Below are positions 61,047-64,000 of a DNA stretch of 64,000 bases, in pieces. A program made the position numbers and the translations under genes. Source of the DNA: an uncultured Ruficoccus sp. (GTDB lineage Bacteria > Verrucomicrobiota > Verrucomicrobiia > Opitutales > Cerasicoccaceae); contig OZ223511.1 in assembly GCA_965140785.1 (NCBI GenBank), positions 1 to 64,000 of the forward strand, given 5' to 3'. Position 1 is the stretch's first letter, and every line of letters begins with the position of its first letter. The notes under the pieces are model-generated. The model made no database searches. It had not been told where the DNA came from and worked only from the letters and a program-made list of their open reading frames with translations.

Positions 61047-62351
61047 CTAAAGAAACTCGTTGAGGAGGTTTTCGAGCAGTTCCTGGCGGCCGCTGGCCAG
61101 GGTGGGTTCGCCGCCGGTGAGGGCGATCTGCTCCAGCTCGGCGAAGCTGCACGCGCCGGACTCGATCTTTTGGCCCAACTCGTCGTCGAAGCTCGCGTAG
61201 CGCTCCTGAACAAAGGCGGCCAGACGACCGTCCTCGCGGATGGCGTGGGCGATCTTGAGGCCGCGGGCGAAGGCGTCCATCCCGCCCAGGTGGGCGTAAA
61301 TGAGATCCATCGGCTCGTGGGACTCGCGGCGGCGCTTGGCGTCGAAGTTGAGCCCGCCTGTGGTGAAGCCGCCCATGCCCAGCACGACAAGCATGACCTG
61401 GGTGGCGAGCATGATGTCGGTGGGGAACTGGTCGGTGTCCCAGCCGATGAGGGTGTCGCCGCGGTTGGCGTCGATACTGCCGAGCATCCCGGCGTTGGCG
61501 CAGACGGTGAGCTCGTGCTCCATCGTGTGCCCGGCGAGGGTGGCGTGGTTGGTCTCGATGTTGAGCCGGAAGCGGTCCATCAGCCCGTACTCGCGCAAAA
61601 AGTTCAGGCAGGCGGCGGCGTCGGAATCGTACTGGTGGGTGGAGGGCTCGCGGGGCTTGGGTTCGATGTAAAAGGGTCCGTCGAAGCCGATCTGGTCGGC
61701 GTGATCGACCGCCATGTGCAGGAAGGCGGCCAGGTGGTCGAGTTCGCGCTTCATATTCGTGTTGAGCAGGGTGGCGTAGCCCTCGCGTCCGCCCCAGAAG
61801 GTGTAGCCGAGTCCGTCCAGCGCCTTCGTGCACTCCAAGGCCTTTTTCACCTGTGCGGCGGCATAGGTATAGACGCGGGAGTCGGGCGAGGTGGCCGCGC
61901 CCTGCGCATAGCGTGGGTGGGAAAAGAGACAGGCCGTGCCCCAGAGCAACTTAACACCGGTTTCAGACTGCTTGGCCTTGAGCTTTTCGACCACGGCGTC
62001 GAGCGCCCGGTTGGAGGCGGCGAGGTCATTCAGTTCCGGGGCGATGTCGCGGTCGTGCCAGCAGTAGTACTCGATGCCGGTCTTTTCCAGGAACTCGAAA
62101 AACACGTCTACGCGGCGCAGGGCGTTCTCGACCGAGTCGGAGCCGTCGTCCCAGGGCATCTGGGCGGTGCCCGCGCCGAAGGGGTCGCCGAGGGTGTTGC
62201 GCATGACGTGCCAGTAGGCCCCGGCGAAGCGCAGGTGCTCCTTCATCGGTTTACCGCCGACGAGTTCGTCGGCGTTATAGTGCTTGAAGGCGAGGGGGTT
62301 CTTCGAGGTCGGGCCCTCGTAGCGGATTTTATCGCAGTCGAAATAAGTCAT
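61047..62351 (-). CDS. xylA: Xylose isomerase (class II)
   Basis: [61 protein letters not shown]. Confidence 0.97.
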   Translation of the reverse strand: MTYFDCDKIRYEGPTSKNPLAFKHYNADELVGGKPMKEHLRFAGAYWHVMRNTLGDPFGAGTAQMPWDDGSDSVENALRRVDVFFEFLEKTGIEYYCWHDRDIAPELNDLAASNRALDAVVEKLKAKQSETGVKLLWGTACLFSHPRYAQGAATSPDSRVYTYAAAQVKKALECTKALDGLGYTFWGGREGYATLLNTNMKRELDHLAAFLHMAVDHADQIGFDGPFYIEPKPREPSTHQYDSDAAACLNFLREYGLMDRFRLNIETNHATLAGHTMEHELTVCANAGMLGSIDANRGDTLIGWDTDQFPTDIMLATQVMLVVLGMGGFTTGGLNFDAKRRRESHEPMDLIYAHLGGMDAFARGLKIAHAIREDGRLAAFVQERYASFDDELGQKIESGACSFAELEQIALTGGEPTLASGRQELLENLLNEFL

Positions 62352-62449
62352 GGGTCGGGTCGGGTTTGCGGGGTGGAAGATAGCGTTGCGGGAGAGCCCC
62401 GGAGGGGCGAGATAGTGGTTGTATTCTATCCGAAACAGGCTCCGGAGGG

Positions 62450-62495
62450 AACCGCAATTTGCGGTTATTATCTGTTGATTTGCGGCAAAATGCGG
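62450..62495. promoter_or_regulatory. Candidate operator between xylA and xylR
   Basis: Perfect palindrome AACCGCAA-T-TTGCGGTT (62450-62466); ATTTGCGG repeated at 62457 and 62478 (21-bp period). Confidence 0.55.
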
Positions 62496-62509
62496 CCTAC
62501 CGTTCCCTC

Positions 62510-63646
62510 ATGCGCGAACGGGTAGCCGTCATCATGAGCGAAGAGTTCCTGCGGCGGCTGACCACGGCGCTGGCGCCGTTTGTGGGGCGGCAGTTTGATT
62601 TCAAGATTATCAGCATCCGGCGTTCGCCGGAGGAGCTGGTGGCACTGTTGCGCGAACTGCGCCCGGCGGGCCTGATCACCGAATGGCTGTCCGGCGTGAC
62701 CGAGGACCTGCTGAAGCTGGGGATCCCCACCGTGATCGCGGACACGGACTTCGTCTATCCGGGCGCGGTCAGCATCGATGTGGACGACTGGGCGGTCGGG
62801 GCCGAGGCGGCGCGGGGCTTCCTGCGGGCGGGGCTGAGCAGTTTCGCCTGCCTGAGCAACGGCACCCCTTACGCCGGGCAGCGCTTGGAGGGCTTTTGCC
62901 GGGAGATCGGGCAGACCGTGCCCGTTCATCTGGAGGAAGATTATTTGGAAACCCAGTACAGCGAGGATTTTCTCGTGCCGGGGGCGGACCTGCTGACCTG
63001 GCTGAAAGAGCTGCCCAAGCCGGTGGGGATCTTCGCCGTGCACGACCCGCTGGGGCGGTTTCTGTGCAGCGCGTGCGAGCAGGCCGGCCTAAAGGTCCCG
63101 GACCAGGTGGTGGTCATCGGGGCCAACAACGACGAACTGGTCTGCGGCCTCAGTGCGCCGACTCTCTCCAGCGTGGCCATCCCCTGGGAGCGGATCGGGG
63201 CGCAGGTGGGGGAAGCCATGACGCGCCTGCTCGCCGGTGAGGGTGCGGGGACGGCCAGTCTGCTGGCACCGGGAGGGGTGATCATGCGGCATTCCGCCGA
63301 TCACCTGGCGGTGGAGGACCCGGAACTGCGCCGGGCGATGTCGTACTTTTCGGAGCGCATTCAGGAGCCCTTCACGGTTGGCCAGATGTGCAAGGAACTG
63401 CGCCTCGCCCGACGCAGCCTGGAGCGGAAGTTTTCGGACGTGTACCGGTGCAGCCCGTGGGAAATGCTCTGCCGGATGCGCGTCAACCGGGCCCGCGAAC
63501 TGCTGGCCCGGACCCGCTACCCGATCTCCATGATCGCGGGCCTGAGCGGCTTCAACGACCCAGAGCGCATGGCGGTGATCTTCCGCCGCGTGACCGGGCG
63601 CACGCCCTCGTCCTTCCGTCGGGCGCTCCGGCTGGAGTCGCAATGA
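62510..63646 (+). CDS. xylR: XylR-type transcriptional regulator (periplasmic-binding-protein-like domain plus AraC HTH)
   Basis: LPKPVGIFA, VPDQVVVIGANND..C....PTLSSV, RRSLERKF, IAGLSGF....M...FRR.TG.TP; divergent from xylA. Confidence 0.8.
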   Translation: MRERVAVIMSEEFLRRLTTALAPFVGRQFDFKIISIRRSPEELVALLRELRPAGLITEWLSGVTEDLLKLGIPTVIADTDFVYPGAVSIDVDDWAVGAEAARGFLRAGLSSFACLSNGTPYAGQRLEGFCREIGQTVPVHLEEDYLETQYSEDFLVPGADLLTWLKELPKPVGIFAVHDPLGRFLCSACEQAGLKVPDQVVVIGANNDELVCGLSAPTLSSVAIPWERIGAQVGEAMTRLLAGEGAGTASLLAPGGVIMRHSADHLAVEDPELRRAMSYFSERIQEPFTVGQMCKELRLARRSLERKFSDVYRCSPWEMLCRMRVNRARELLARTRYPISMIAGLSGFNDPERMAVIFRRVTGRTPSSFRRALRLESQ

Positions 63647-63851
63647 GAAGCAAGCCCCCAAGCCCCCCAAAAAATCGCCCCCGACCGAGCCAGACAGTCG
63701 CCTTCACCGGCCACGGGTAGCTCGCCCCGATGCGGCAGAGTGGGGGCGTTTGTGAGTCGCTCCCGGCGAAATCATCCCGATCCGACGGATCAAGCCTCCG
63801 GTACATACCCTGCCTTGACTTGATCCCGGGGATGATAAGCATGGGTGTTCT

Positions 63852-64000
63852 TTGAAAGCGTTACCCCGATTTCTGCTAATCGGTCTGGGAGTGGTTTGCC
63901 TGGCCGGTGTGGGCGGAGGGATTTATGTCCTCAAGAACCGGCAGGCGGATGAGCCGTTGCCGGTGACCGGGACCGGCGTGCCCGGCACGGCGGGCTTCCC
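63852..64000 (+). CDS. Partial membrane-anchored protein running off the window end
   Basis: Open frame from TTG: MKALPRFLLIGLGVVCLAGVGGGIYVLKNRQADEPLP... Confidence 0.4.
   Translation, partial: MKALPRFLLIGLGVVCLAGVGGGIYVLKNRQADEPLPVTGTGVPGTAGF

Noticed and set aside
60936..62525. 529-aa plus-strand ORF
   Set aside because: Antisense shadow of xylA.

Overview
High-GC bacterial chromosome segment. Gene style (PEP-CTERM protein, SHD1-thioredoxin, ACIII plus cbb3-type oxidase, XylR-type regulator) suggests Verrucomicrobiota/Opitutia, which is an inference. Contents in order: hexuronate genes (SDR, frameshifted uxaC), a CE7 esterase and tRNA-Pro(GGG); a two-gene surface-protein locus whose core is low-GC while both ends have host GC, directly ahead of a gspGHIJKLMDEF type II secretion cluster; housekeeping genes (rsmA, Na/Pi transporter, trpC, mazG); a Cu-type P1B ATPase followed by an alternative complex III operon (actABCDEF plus an actG-like gene) running into ccoS-ccoN-ccoO (frameshifted) and a monoheme cytochrome c; fpg/nei, namZ, glycerate kinase, and rodA with RNase E/G divergent from RNase Y; an FAD/Fe-S oxidase, an Ntn hydrolase and xylA/xylR. 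The least explained signal is non-coding. Many intergenic gaps carry inverted arrays of short tandem units (CACGAAG, CCACRGAT, GTTTGA), plus a CTAG-bounded MITE-like element with stacked hairpins and dispersed REP-like repeats. No transposase, integrase or CRISPR array was seen.
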